Of a DNA stretch of 64,000 nt, positions 1 to 12,160 are shown in pieces. The translations under genes were made by a program, and so were the position numbers. Every line of letters begins with the position of its first letter. Position 1 is the first letter of the stretch. The DNA comes from Octopus sinensis (taxonomy: Eukaryota). The DNA lies in NCBI RefSeq assembly GCF_006345805.1, contig NC_043011.1:32376464-32440463 (forward strand), written 5' to 3'. The notes under the pieces were generated by a model. The model was not told the DNA's origin. It made no database searches and worked only from the letters and a program-made list of their open reading frames with translations.

Positions 1-472
1 TGTGCTGATATAGTAATTATACTGTGATACTGAGCGGACAGTGCCAGAAGAAAAAACTAAAAGCAGTCGAAATGCACAAATGATTATGGTGGTGCCATGA
101 AGTAAACATGCTTCAGATACACTCGTTTATTTATACAAATGTAACTGAGATGAAATATGTCATAAATAACTGTGACAAACGAAATATACACCACCGGAAG
201 TTGTTGTTGATAAACAACAGCAGTAATTTTATTCAGATGAATACTCATCACTGATTGGTTGAAATTACCGAAATATGACAACTTAAACACAAAATAACTT
301 TGAAAATATAAACCTTTCTCAACAACACTAAGAGTAAAAGATGTTTTATATGACACATTCTACAAGTGTCTGAAGTTTGAAAGTGTTTAGTTACAAAAAA
401 ATATTTATTTCTCAATCTTACCGTTCAAAGGAAAAAGATCCTATATACATACATATATATATATATATATAT

Positions 473-680
473 AACGGGAAGCTTTATGAAAATAAACAAA
501 AGACGAAGGCAGGTGGAAAACAAATGAACAATTGTATTAGTATGGCGCTCAGGAAATATAAATAAAACAAGTCTTTAACGTTTCGAGCCTACGCTCTTCA
601 ACAGAAAGATACACAGAGAGAGAAAAGCACAGAAAGAAGGAAAGAAAAAAAATGCGTGCAGTAGCTAACGAATCAACATA
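473..680 (-). mobile_element. Penelope-like terminal remnant with minimal hammerhead-like motif (572-609)
   Basis: Follows (TA)n. Minus strand reads TCTTT-CTGTTGA-A-GAGcgtaggCTC-GAAACGTT-AAAGA. Related remnants at 30900-30995 and 36205-36385. Confidence 0.55.
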
Positions 681-681
681 T

Positions 682-861
682 ATCATCATCATCATTCTCA
701 TTTAAGGTCCACTTTCCATGTTGGCATGGGTTGGACGGTTTGACTGAGAGCTGGCAAGTCAGAAGGCTGTACCAAGCTCCACTCCGATCTGGCAAAGTTT
801 CTACAGCTGGATGCCCTTCCTAATGCCAACCATACCAAGAGTGTAATGAGTGCTTTTTACG
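682..861 (-). mobile_element. RTE-type LINE 3' UTR / RTE-tailed SINE fragment
   Basis: (GAT)n tail; same sequence as 9909, 13784 and 16412, the last of which joins RTE RT coding sequence. Confidence 0.65.
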
Positions 862-1046
862 TATATATATATATATATGTATATGTGTGTGTATATATAT
901 ATATATGTGTGTGTGTGTATGTATATATATATATATGTGTGTGTGTGTCTGTATATATATATATATGTGTGTGTGTGTATGTATATATATATATATATTT
1001 GTGTATGTGTATATGTATATATATATATATATGTATGTATGTATGT
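861..1046. repeat. (TA)n/(TG)n compound microsatellite
   Basis: Seen directly. Confidence 0.95.
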
Positions 1047-1764
1047 TATAATGGAGAAAGCTGCTTATATGTTAGTCATGTAACAATTACTAAAAGTACT
1101 AAACGAAAGCAATTATTAAAGGGTCGATCGTCTAGAAATATTTTTATAAATTCATGTCGTAAGAAATTTCCTATAAGTTCGATTTCTCAAGTTTCTTGAA
1201 TTTTTTAATCTCCAATTTCTTGCAAATTTAAATATTGATTGCATTCACTGCATCCTATTCACAAATTTAAATATTGATTGAATTCACTGCAGAGTATTAC
1301 GTTCTCATTTGCAAAGTCTCTGACTTTCTCTTTTAAGTTTTCATTCACTTTTTGGAAAACCGACAGTTTATTCTATTAATGTATACATAATGTATTATTT
1401 ATTATTCTACTAATGTGTACGTAATTTATTATTTATTGAATGAAAATTTTAAAAATACCGGTATAATTTTTGAATGCGGGATAGCTGTGAGAAGAGCCTA
1501 GAAAGTTGGGTAATTACTATTAGAAGACAAGGGGAAAAGAAAAGGTTACTGACAAGTACTCGAACTTGCACCTTATTCACAGTTTACAAACACTCTGTAC
1601 CACTAAGCCAATATATACACAAACAAGTTGCACGAATGACTTCAACATTGACACACCTGTGCACACACATAGATACATATACACACAAATGAAAGGCAAT
1701 GAATGTGTGTCTGTGTTTGCTGTTCACTGACAAAACTTTGTGCTGTGTTACTTTTGTGAAGTTT

Positions 1765-1811
1765 TGTCAGTGAACAGGTCGCAGTTTCAAAGCGAAGAAA
1801 ATATTTTGACA
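1765..1811 (+). ncRNA. Hammerhead ribozyme candidate, G3-C8 core variant
   Basis: TGTCA-GTGAACA-G-GTCGC..GCGA(A)-GAA-AATATT-T-TGACA. Confidence 0.5.
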
Positions 1812-1841
1812 CAAATGAAATTTTAATGCTGAAGTGAAACT

Positions 1842-2050
1842 TGTACTACTTAAATACAGAGGTCCCTTAATGGTACTACTTCAATACAGGTGTTACTTAC
1901 AAAACATTTTAAATGTGTGCTGTGTGGACGTATAATGATACCTTAACACTAACCAACCTTAATACTAACCCTAACCTTACCCCTTAAAACTAACCCTTCC
2001 CTTCATATCGTTACTTAGATGCATCGGGACCTCTGTATTTCAGTAGTGCC
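1842..2050. mobile_element. MITE with ~25-bp TIRs, 8-bp TSD and internal TAACCC-like repeats (Merlin-like)
   Basis: TIR tactacttaaatacagaggtccc / gggacctctgtatttcagtagtgcc; TSD GTGAAACT at 1834-1841 and 2051-2058. Confidence 0.75.
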
Positions 2051-2399
2051 GTGAAACTAACGGTTTCTGAGTGTTCTTGAATGGCTTACAAACACCTACG
2101 CTGCAATTGTTTTTGTTTAAGCGCACAATCTCAGATCAAGTCACTTGCTATGCGAGTACATCTCCGTAATTTTTTAAAATCACTGTGGATGAATGCCAGG
2201 CTCTCCAATATTTTAATTTCTAAACAGAAACAATTGGGGGCAGGGAGCAGGGTTGCAAAAAATTTCATAATTTCTCAAATTTTCTTTTTTATAGCATATA
2301 AATGTATTTATGGGGAAAAAATATTGCAAAACATCAATACATGTGAGAGTGATAAAGAAATGTGGAGGGTTGTCTTTGGATGTGCTTGAAACAACTACC

Positions 2400-2857
2400 A
2401 AATCACCCTTAAATCACTTTTGACGTGCAACCAAACGCATACCCTCCATCAGACACCTACCATATTCTGAGCGCCTTGTTTCCCTGGGCATGGATTCACT
2501 GAAGCTCCGGCGTTTGGCGACGGACTTGGTAAACACCCACAAAGTTATCAACCACCTCACCAACAACAACACTGAACACCTTTTTGATCTCCATGTGTCT
2601 AACACACGTGGACATGCCTACAAAGTCAGAAAACAACACAGCTCCCATGACTTTCGGAAACATTTTTTCACGCTCAGAGTTGCTGAAGCATGGAATAAAC
2701 TGCCTGCGTCAGTTGTTGACTGCCATGACACTGCATCTTTTAAGGCCCTCATGCTTTCCGAAATCCGCCGAAACTACACCTGATTATATATACACTTTAG
2801 ATGAGTTGTAGTGCACCTGAGCACTGTACACAATTATTATTATTATTATTATTATTA
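2400..2857 (+). mobile_element. CR1-clade LINE 3' end (RT C-terminus plus (ATT)n tail)
   Basis: ORF 2490-2783 contains LxxRR..DL, TRGH..K, R.HFF..RV...WNKLP motifs typical of CR1; simple-repeat tail. Confidence 0.85.
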
Positions 2858-3427
2858 AAATATTTACAATTTAGAAAAACTTTTTTTTACTGGAAATCCT
2901 CTTCCCATGGTTTTAAAGTGCAAAAACAATTGGCCAAAATAGGGCCGGAGTGGGATGATGAGGGACGGGGGTGCGAAAGGAAAAGAGTTTTCAAAACTTT
3001 TTTCATACAAAGATGCTCCCCTCCACCAACCCTACCATTTCGAAGGCTGTGGTTTAAAAAAAAATGGGGAAAATCCCCAAAAATATTTCCCCCCACAAAT
3101 TTCTTTATAATCGTAATCTATTCTGTTTGAAAAGGATTTGTATAAATTTCCATTAAAAGATACCTGAAAGTTATGAGGGAAAAAAGTTAGATTGTGTGAA
3201 TTTTCTGAGACTCCTCATTCCACCTCCTCGCAAAACTTCTATCCCATAAATCCCTATATACTCTGAAGCCACAATATCTAAGCAGTATTTGTTGAAAATT
3301 TTGTTAAAAAGTATCCATTTTTCTGGATGTTAAGAGGCAACAAAGTCGGGGGTGTATACATCTTATTTATACAATTTTTTCATTTCATGTTTATTTCATT
3401 CATTCATTGCAATGTTATCTCTCTTTT

Positions 3428-3461
<34 letters not shown>

Positions 3462-3953
3462 TGCAACACTTACAGATGGGCTGCTAAACTGAAATCTCAA
3501 TGTTTCTTTTTAGGGGAAGGTAAAACTTGATAAACTGACCCTCCCTCTGTTGTTGGACTACTGTGATGTTTGTTTAATAAAGAAAAATTATGTGATAAAA
3601 TAATGAAAGCAATATTTACTAAGCAAGTGAGCACTTTTATACAAAGAAATAATTAGATGTTAAATATAAAAATGATTAGAAATGGGAATCAAATGTGAAA
3701 GCATTATCAAGTGGTCAGCAGAAAATTCCCGGAGGGTGGTGTTTCTGCTGGTATTCTTTTATTTGTTTCAGTCATTTGACTGGGGCCATGCTGGAGCAAT
3801 GCCTATAGTCAGAAGAATTGACCCCAAGATTTATTCTTTGTAAGCCTAGTACTTATTCTATCAGTCTCTTTTACCGAACTGCTAAGTTATGGGAATGTAA
3901 ACACAGCAACATTGGTTGTCAAGCTATAGTGGGGTGGGGGAACACACCACTTG

Positions 3954-4717
3954 TAGGATAAAATCTTTATAAGAAATTATCAAGTAGTTAGCGTGAAAAA
4001 CCTAGTAAGAGAAAAAATCTGTAAATGTTTTCAACTTTGAAAATACTTATTTATATTATATAGAGGGTACTATTATTCATAGGTACCGCACGCTAGGAGG
4101 GACTTTTACAGTCAAAACTACTAAAATAAACAAATTGTACCGAATGCAAAACTTCAAAGCGAGTCATTTAAAAGCAGAATTTAGTTACATATCACCTGTG
4201 ATTTCGCAATCAATGCAGAATATGCATTCTATGCTCTTCAGTGCAACGAATTCAAGACATATAAGAAAAACACAACATCACATACCCGACAACCAACCGT
4301 AGAATTCGCCGCAGCATGTACAAATGTTTATCTTTACATATCTATGAAAATGGCGGGCTTTTTCGCTATGCATTTCAGTAACAACTTGCCTACTCGGAAC
4401 AAAAATTCAGTATTGAACTATTCCGGTGAAAAACATCAATTTAAAAATAGGATAAAATCTTTATAAGAAATTATCAAGTAGTTAGCGTGAAAAACCTCGT
4501 AAGAGAAAAAATCTGTAAATTTTTTCAACTTTGAAAATACTTATTTATATTATATAGAGGGTATTATTATTCATAGGTATCGCATGCTAGGAGGGACTAT
4601 TGCAGTCAAAACTATAAGTATTTTCAAAGTTGAAAAAATTTACAGATTTTTTCTCTTACGAGGTTTTTCATGCTAACTACTTGATAATTTCTTATAAAGA
4701 TTTTATCCTATTTTAAA
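3954..4717 (-). mobile_element. Penelope-like pseudo-LTR: direct repeat (3954-4112 / 4448-4613) plus inverted copy (4614-4717), containing a hammerhead
   Basis: Direct and inverted copies of aggataaaatctttataagaaattatcaagtagttagc; HHR at 4177-4253; ends at a (TA)n tract. Confidence 0.7.
4177..4253 (-). ncRNA. Type I hammerhead ribozyme
   Basis: Minus strand: gaattcGTTGCA-CTGAAGA-GCA..TGC-GAA-ATCAC ag GTGAT-A-TGTAAC; intact core, AUA cleavage triplet. Confidence 0.75.
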
Positions 4718-4760
4718 ATATATATATATATATATATGTGTATATGTGTGTGTGTGTATA

Positions 4761-4807
<47 letters not shown>

Positions 4808-5469
4808 GTGTGTATATGTGTGTGTGTGTGTGTATATATGTGTGTGTGTGTGTGTGTGTGTACATAGATAAGCTTTGTGTTTGTAGTGTTGTTGCTTAGT
4901 CCTGATCTAGTCCTGATAAATTCAGTCTAGCAGTAACTGTCCCATCCTTTTTTTTTGTTTTTCATAGTCATTGTATTTCTTGGAATACAAATTCAATGTG
5001 TTCCGTTTTCTTTCTTTTTCGAAAGATAGCAAGAGCATGATTTCAGATTAAAATCAGCTACTGTTCCTAGCAGACCAAGCAATTGAATAAAGGCTTTGTT
5101 AATCGCCTATTGTACTGTTTTAGTAGTAGTCATGGCCGTAGTGGCAGTAGTGGTCGGTTTGGAGAAAGACTTCGCGCAATTTACACTTAGAAAAAAAAAA
5201 TGGACAAAGAAGAAAATAGGGAAAAAGTTAAATAAATAAAACCATTGTCCACCTAAAATTCCCCGAAAAAACACAAAAAAGAGTATTTCATGTTGGTTTA
5301 AAATAAATTAGGAAATTATCAAATTGAAAAGAAAAACAACAACTAAAAGGACAAAAAACAAAGAAACAGATATTCTCTTCCATTTTGAATTCTCTCATTT
5401 GAATTATTTATTGATTTTTTTTTTGTTTTTTTTTAATTTGTTTTTTTTCTTTCTTTTTTCTCTTTGCAG

Positions 5470-5502
5470 AAAATTCTTTTCCCACAAGAGACAGTGGATG
5501 AT
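5470..5502 (+). CDS. Candidate 33-nt microexon (KILFPQETVDD in phase 0) of unidentified host gene
   Basis: Long polypyrimidine tract ending TTTGCAG (5469), 33 nt, then donor GTAAGC (5503); frame-preserving. Confidence 0.55.
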
Positions 5503-5799
5503 GTAAGCTTTCCTTTGTTGATTTCAATCTCCTTTGTAATCACCATCCTCATCATCAGCATCATCAGCATCAGCATCATCGCCATCGTCCGTTGCCTCCC
5601 TTTCCCACAGCTATTGCTGCAGCACAAGTCTCGGCGCTTGGTTGTCCCCTTTTGTATTTAGACTTGCTTCAGAAACTACTTAGAAAATATCAACCCAACC
5701 CAACCCCCATTTTCCCTCCCCCACCACTCCACCTTTTCTTATCTTTTTTCTTTCTTTAATTTACATATTTAGTAATGTATCTAGCTGAAGAAGTTTGTT

Positions 5800-6170
5800 A
5801 TGTATAATATATGTGTGTATATATATGTACGTGTGTATGTGTGTGTATATATGTGTATATATATATGTGTGTGTGTCTGTATATATGTATGTATGTGTAT
5901 ATATGTAAGTGTGTATGTATGTATATATATGTGTGTGTGTGTGTATATATATATGTACATGTGTATATGTGTGTGTGTATATATATATATGTACATGTGT
6001 GTATATATATGTGTGTATATATATGTGTGTATGTATGTGTGTGTATATATGTGTATATATATGTGTCTGTATTTGTATATATGTGTGTATATATATGTAT
6101 ATGTGTGTGTATATATATATTTGTGTATGTATGTGTGTGTTTATATATATATATATACACACACATATAC
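5800..6170. repeat. (TG)/(TA) compound microsatellite
   Basis: Seen directly. Confidence 0.95.
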
Positions 6171-6539
6171 ACACAAAGAAGAAATGATGGAATTGTTCTT
6201 GAGTTTTTATATATATATATATATATAAATATTTAAGTATTTCCAGTTTTTCCAACTTGAAATGAAATGATTCTTAAATGTTTTAATGTAAATACCCAGC
6301 TTTATTTTACTTTGTTATATTTGATTTTATTTCATTCCATTCCGCTTCCTTGAAAAATTTGAATACTTTCTGTACACAACCTCAAACATACCCGCATCCA
6401 CACCCACTCACATGCTCCCCCCCTCCGTCCCCATGTAAACTAAGGAATCAATTTCTTCAGTTCTTGTTACCAATTTACTATTCTGTACCTGTACACTACC
6501 AAAAACTGCTTTATTCCTCTGTGTGAGTGTGTATGTGCA

Positions 6540-6572
<33 letters not shown>

Positions 6573-6581
<9 letters not shown>

Positions 6582-6750
6582 AAACCTTTACATAAATAAA
6601 TAACGTGAAATACACGAATTAAACAGCCGAAATCTGCGATGAGGGATCAGTTTCTGACTGAAGAATGAAGGCTTTGAATGACCCGTTTGTCTTTTTGTTC
6701 GTCCCTTCGTGTATTTCACGTTATTTATTTATGTAAAAGTTTATTATATA
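6573..6750 (+). mobile_element. PLE-like remnant with ~45-bp inverted repeat arms and partial permuted-hammerhead motif
   Basis: IR aataaacctttacataaataaataacgtgaaatacacgaa; interior homologous to 12170-12240. Confidence 0.55.
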
Positions 6751-8044
6751 TTTCGCAGCGTACGTACATAATAACTTCTTTATGTTTATATATATATATA
6801 TATATATATAAAATAAAGGGTAAAATTAATTAATCAATTAATAATTAATAATTTTACCAAATAGTTTGGTATGTTAAAAGAACCATTATCGGTAACCTTA
6901 TACAAAAATTCTATAATTATAATAAGGGTTCATCAAAAATTGCTTCACCACATACCGAAATTTAGAAATAGCAGTTAAATACTATTCCACTACCATAAGA
7001 TATCTCCCAGACAGTAATACTCTCAACTCACGCAGGTAAAGAGACGCGTTATTTTTTTAATTCGTTACCTATGTAACACACACACACATATATTGTGTCT
7101 GGGGAGGGTTATTCTCTTTTAGTGCCTTATTTAACACACTCACTGGTAAAGTTTCCGCTCATTTACTTATTTATTTTTACTTAAAACTTTCGTTGCATCT
7201 TGCAACCTTTTCAGTTGTCGGATAATGGATAGAGTCAACGACTATTGACAAGGTTGCAAGACGCAACGAAAATTTTAGGGAAAAGTAAATGAGTGGAAAC
7301 TTTACTGGTGAGTGTGTTAAATAATAAAGCACTGAAAGAGAATGACTCTCCTCAGACACAACAAAATATGCTTCAACACACAAACTCACAAAAAGAATCT
7401 TGCAAACCAAATCCAAAAACAAAATATATATATATATATGGATCAAAGAGGATCTATTGTGGTACATTTTCTTTGCTGTGATGTCCTTTCTTTTGCCAAC
7501 CCTCATCTGATTCCAAGCAAAGTAATATTTCCCTACAGCTAGACATGTTTTCGCAGAAGACTGGAAATGAAGGTACAGCACTTGTATGCAGAGTTAAGTG
7601 TCAAAAGGGTTAAAGGGATGTAAACAAACCAACACCGGTTGCTATGTGAAGTGGAATGGGGAGACAGACACAAACACGTGCATAGGCACAAATGCATAGG
7701 CACACACACACAATGGGCTTCCTCACAGTTTCCTTCTACTGAATTTGCTCCCAAGCCATTGATCAGTGTGGGGCTGTAATAGGAAATACTCGAGGTGCCA
7801 CACAGTGGGACTGAACCCCAAACCATGTGATTGCAAAGCAAACTTCTTAACCACATGACCTGCATCTCTATATTTATTGTAATTTATTCTACAAGATTTT
7901 GTTGTGTTGTTTGTTGTTGCTTAAACAGTATTTTGGGAGGAAGGTGAGAAAACTTCGTTCTATGATGCAAACGCTACCAAGTTACGTCCCTTGTTATGTT
8001 TTGTCTCCTTTTTACTTACCCTTAAGGCATTTTATGATCTAAAC

Positions 8045-8822
8045 CAAGGGTTCTCAACCATTTTTTTTTATCTTTGGACCCTTTTAATTCTTATTTTATT
8101 CTGATTGACTCAATGTTTAAAAACTAGCTTTATAGAAACTTCTTTCAAAATTCCTATTTTGTTTTCCACTCATTAATTTGTGTCGGTTGAACCATATAAA
8201 ATGTTACAGAAAGAGACCCTAGCTGTTTTTTGCAATACATTCCAACTCCTACATTTAAAGCAGGGGTTTTCAAGTATTTTATTTTTTATCTATGGATCCA
8301 TTTGGGTTTTTTTTTATTTTACTCTGGTGGACCACCATAGCCTTTCAATGTTTAACCCTTTGGTGTTTAAGCCGGCTATATCCGGCCCAAATATCCTACA
8401 TGTTTACATTCAAACTGGCCATATCTAACCCCTCACACCTAACCTACATTGACATTCTAAGAATAAACTATCACACCATTGAAACTTCAAAGCTGTAAGA
8501 TAATGTATGATTAATTGAAAATAATTTGAGCGAAAAAAGTATTACATTTAACAGATTAATCTGAACACTAAAGGGTTAAAAATTAGTTTTATAGATATTT
8601 CTTTCCAAATATTTTGTTTTTCACACACTAACTTGTTTAGGTTGAACTATGTAAAATGTTAGAGAAAGAAACCTAGCTGTTTCCTGCAATAAATGCTAAT
8701 ACATACATTTCAATCAAAATCTTTTCAGGAGCCCCTAAAATTCTATTGTGGACCCCCCTAATTTACTATTTTGTTGCATGGACCCTGTAAAATCTTATAT
8801 GGACCCTGGTTGAGAAGCACTG
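8045..8822. mobile_element. hAT (Charlie-like) non-autonomous element with internal duplication
   Basis: TIR caagggttctcaacc / ggttgagaagcactg; perfect 8-bp TSD ATCTAAAC (8037-8044, 8823-8830). Confidence 0.85.
8356..8575. mobile_element. piggyBac-type MITE nested in the hAT element
   Basis: TTAA-CCCTTTGGTGTT ... AACACTAAAGGG-TTAA. Confidence 0.8.
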
Positions 8823-9173
8823 ATCTAAACAATGTGTCGGGGTTGTGGGGAATGTTCATGTTTGAATCTGAAATTTGTCAGTTGTTTTGGGTTTTACACT
8901 TTGATCCTATCTCACCCCACGAAAATTGTAACCCTTGGTAATAATTAGAAGCATGCATCTTTCATTATAAAACGAAGATTAACACTTTAATAACATCTCA
9001 CATGCAAATATGAACCAATTAGATAGCTTTTATATGGTTTTGCAACTTGCTAGAAATAGTAGCCAAATTTCCCTCAAATTTCCCCTGGAAGAAGAAAAAA
9101 CACATTAGATAATATAATTCACTGTCCAAAAGACAAAAATAAAGGAGCATGTTCAAGACTAGCGTGTCTTTAA

Positions 9174-9396
9174 CCCTTAGGAGATGACAGGGCTGATCTA
9201 TCAGTTGAAAAGTCGAATGATGAAGAAGATAGTCTTAGGTCATTCCTACGAGAATGTAGTTTTATATATGTAAAGTAATTACTTTATTTTTTTATAATTG
9301 CTTTTGCAAAATAGGTGCATGCCCTTTGTAGGGCTTGAGAAAAGGGCTCTGTCTTCTTGGCGTTGACACTCCAAATGAGGCTCTGTCTCCAAAGGG
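9174..9396. mobile_element. piggyBac-type MITE
   Basis: TTAA-CCCTTAGGAGA ... TCTCCAAAGGG-TTAA. Confidence 0.65.
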
Positions 9397-9908
9397 TTAA
9401 TTATAGATATGTTTGAACAGAGTCGATCTAGGCTAATCAACAATAACAATACAAATCAATTAGGGAGCCTCTGTGTGGTCTCTCAAATTTGCAAGAAATT
9501 GCAACTAAATCTCCCTTCAATCATATCTTGTCATCTTAAAAAATTTGGACAATGAATAGGTACAGACATGGTTGTGTGGCAGGAAGTTTGCTTTCTGACC
9601 TCATGGTTCCAGGTTCAGTCTCACTATATGATACCTTGGGTAAGTGTCTTCTTCTACAGCCTCATGTCGACCAAAGCTTTGTGAGTGGATTTTGTTGTCA
9701 AAATTTTGCAGAAGCCTATTGTGTATGCTCATATATATGTGTGTGTATATGTATGTATATATGCATGCATGCGTGTGTATTATTGTATCTTTTAGCCCTG
9801 ACATTGTGTGATAGTTGTAAAATGATTGTCAATGTCATACAAGTGATGTCATTCATTTTAAATATTCTGTGACCATATACATATATACATATATTGACCA
9901 TATATATA

Positions 9909-10170
9909 TCATCATCATCATCATCATCATCGTTTAACATCCGCTTTCCGCGCTAGCATGGGTTGGACGGTTTGACCGGGTCTGGGAAGCCAGGGGCCGC
10001 ACCAGGCTCCAGTCTGAATCTGGCAGAGTTTCTACGGCTGGATGCCCTTCCTAACGCCAACCACTCCGTGAGTGGATTGGGTGCTTTTTACGTGCCACCT
10101 GCACAGGGGCCGGAGGGTCCGGCATCGTCACGATCGGTTCGAGCATTTTAACGTGTCAGCGGCACGGGGG
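9909..10170 (-). mobile_element. RTE-type 3' UTR fragment with (GAT)n tail
   Basis: Homologous to 13784-14063 and 16412-16600. Confidence 0.7.
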
Positions 10171-10628
10171 CAACGAGGTCCGGGGTACTTTGGGGATCGG
10201 GGTACTTTGGGGATCCAGGGTACTTTGGGGATCCGGGGTACTTAGAATGGGTAGGGGGTATGTGGAATTGCTGCAGAAAGCAGCCCGGGTCTTTGTAGTC
10301 ACAGCATTTATCGTCACTGAGTAACGTAATTAGGTAGAGGAAAGAAATACAGATATTCTAGAGTTGAGTTGGGGAGGGGGGGGTCCAGTTGAGGCGGGTA
10401 ATATAGGGGAGCAACCAGTGGGGAAGGTTGGGGTAAGGAGGAACGATGGCAGGAAGGGTTGGTGAAGGTTCCTAAGAAATAAAAACGTAGGATATTACGA
10501 GGCGGGAGGGTACTAAAGGGGATGGTCGGAATGAGGCAGTGTCAGGAGGAAGCGTAAGATCGGTACGTATATATGTATAATCTGGCTTTATGAATGGAAG
10601 CTCTTTGGCTAATATATATATATATACA

Positions 10629-10893
10629 TATATCGTTGCTATTATGCAAAAATGTCATAAATCCAAAGCGATGCTATTTCAGAAAATGGAAAAATAGTTT
10701 CACCATTTCAAAGCAAAACTGTTGCACTACACTTTGGCAATTTTCGATATCTTGGCATCTTAAGCAACTGGAGATATGATAGTTTGACCAAAAGAACTGG
10801 CTATTGCAAACAAAAATAAATATTGCAAAAAAAAAAAAAGAAGCATTTTGCCAAATTTGGACATACAACAGTTCAACATGATAGCAACGATAT
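10629..10893. mobile_element. TIR-bounded ~265-bp element
   Basis: tatatcgttgctattatg / catgatagcaacgatata (17/18 match). Confidence 0.45.
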
Positions 10894-10905
10894 ACGTGTG
10901 TGTGT

Positions 10906-10959
<54 letters not shown>

Positions 10960-10960
<1 letters not shown>

Positions 10961-11415
10961 ATTAGGGCTTAGTAAAATAAATTACTTTGCCACATACTGA
11001 ACTTAGTAGAAATAGCAGCCCAAAAAAATTTTCTTAGCATTTCTACTACTTAAAGAAAATTTCTCTCAGATAATGTTTACTCTAGACAGCTCACGAAGGT
11101 TTGGGGGTAAATACAGAAAAATATCACAAGTACATAGATCGTTTGAGTACGTCAACGTTTCAAGATTAGCCAAATAAAATCAGCATTTCTTTCGTCAGCT
11201 CAAAATTTCTTAATTTGGATTTGGAAACACTAAAAAGAAGGAACTTTACCTATCAGCGACTTGTCGCTTCAGATGAACCACTCCAACTAACAGTGTCAAC
11301 AAATTCAAAATGCGCAGGCGTAAAATTCTGCACTCCCCATTCGCCTTAAATGGTCCTTTTACATACTGAACACTTGGTGAAATTGATTAATTAATTAATT
11401 TTACCCTCAATTGTT
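10960..11415 (-). mobile_element. PLE-like remnant between (TA)n tracts with hammerhead
   Basis: Shares segments with 6810-7060; HHR at 11142-11204; inverted terminal piece 11350-11410. Confidence 0.6.
11142..11204 (-). ncRNA. Type I hammerhead ribozyme
   Basis: Minus strand: TTTGAG-CTGACGA-AAGA..TCTT-GAA-ACGT tg ACGT-A-CTCAAA; perfect core, GUA triplet. Confidence 0.85.
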
Positions 11416-11476
11416 GATATATATATATATATATATGTACCAAGTAACTAATTGAGTCAAGGCCCTATATATATAT

Positions 11477-11520
<44 letters not shown>

Positions 11521-12160
11521 GAGTTATGTATGTGTGTGTTCCTGTATTTGCATCCTGAGATCAAATTCCATCACTCTTTGCTCTCTCTTTTGGTCTTCCC
11601 CTTTTTCTGGATCCTCCAGGTGCACATGCACACACACACACACACATACACCCACACCCACACGCTGTATGTGTGTGTGATTATGAATGTTTACATTGTA
11701 CACTTGCATGGAAAATGGCTGGGCTATGGACCGCAATGTTCCTGTCAACTCTGATCAGCTCTGTGGTTTTGAAGACCAGCACAGAACGAAAACTTCCTTA
11801 CTCAAAAAACAAGTAAGAGTTTGTGAGAGGAAGGGCATCGAGCTGTAACACATCGCCTCAACAATATGTATTCCTCTAACTCATGCGAGCATGTAAAAAA
11901 CAGATGTTAAATGAACAAATATATATATATCTTCCGTAAAGCTTCATTTCCCCACCAGCCAGCTGAATTCAATTTGTCCCCAGTCGAAAGACACCTGTTG
12001 TTATGTCCTGCTATTATTATTTTTATTGTATTTAGATTGTATTTATATTTGTGTAACATTGTCTGTTTTTTCCGTTCTTGTTCTCATATACATTCGATGC
12101 TTTCTTCCAAGGAATCTAATGCTCTTAGCTTAGTTTTTCCTTGGGGCTGGCCAGAATGGA

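Larger units (their letters stand above)
1720..2170 (+). mobile_element. Short repeat family (PLE-like) carrying G3-C8 hammerhead variant, split by a MITE
   Basis: Homologous to 23330-23625 and 29634-29833; local inverted repeat 1720-1777. Confidence 0.6.

Noticed and set aside
5538-5760. His/Gln-rich open frame after the microexon
   Set aside because: It lies downstream of the splice donor, is driven by (CAT/CAG)n repeats and has no clear acceptor or start.
10683-10820. Possible exon (open frame after TTTCAG)
   Set aside because: Weak pyrimidine tract, lies within a TIR-bounded element, and the peptide is unrecognisable.
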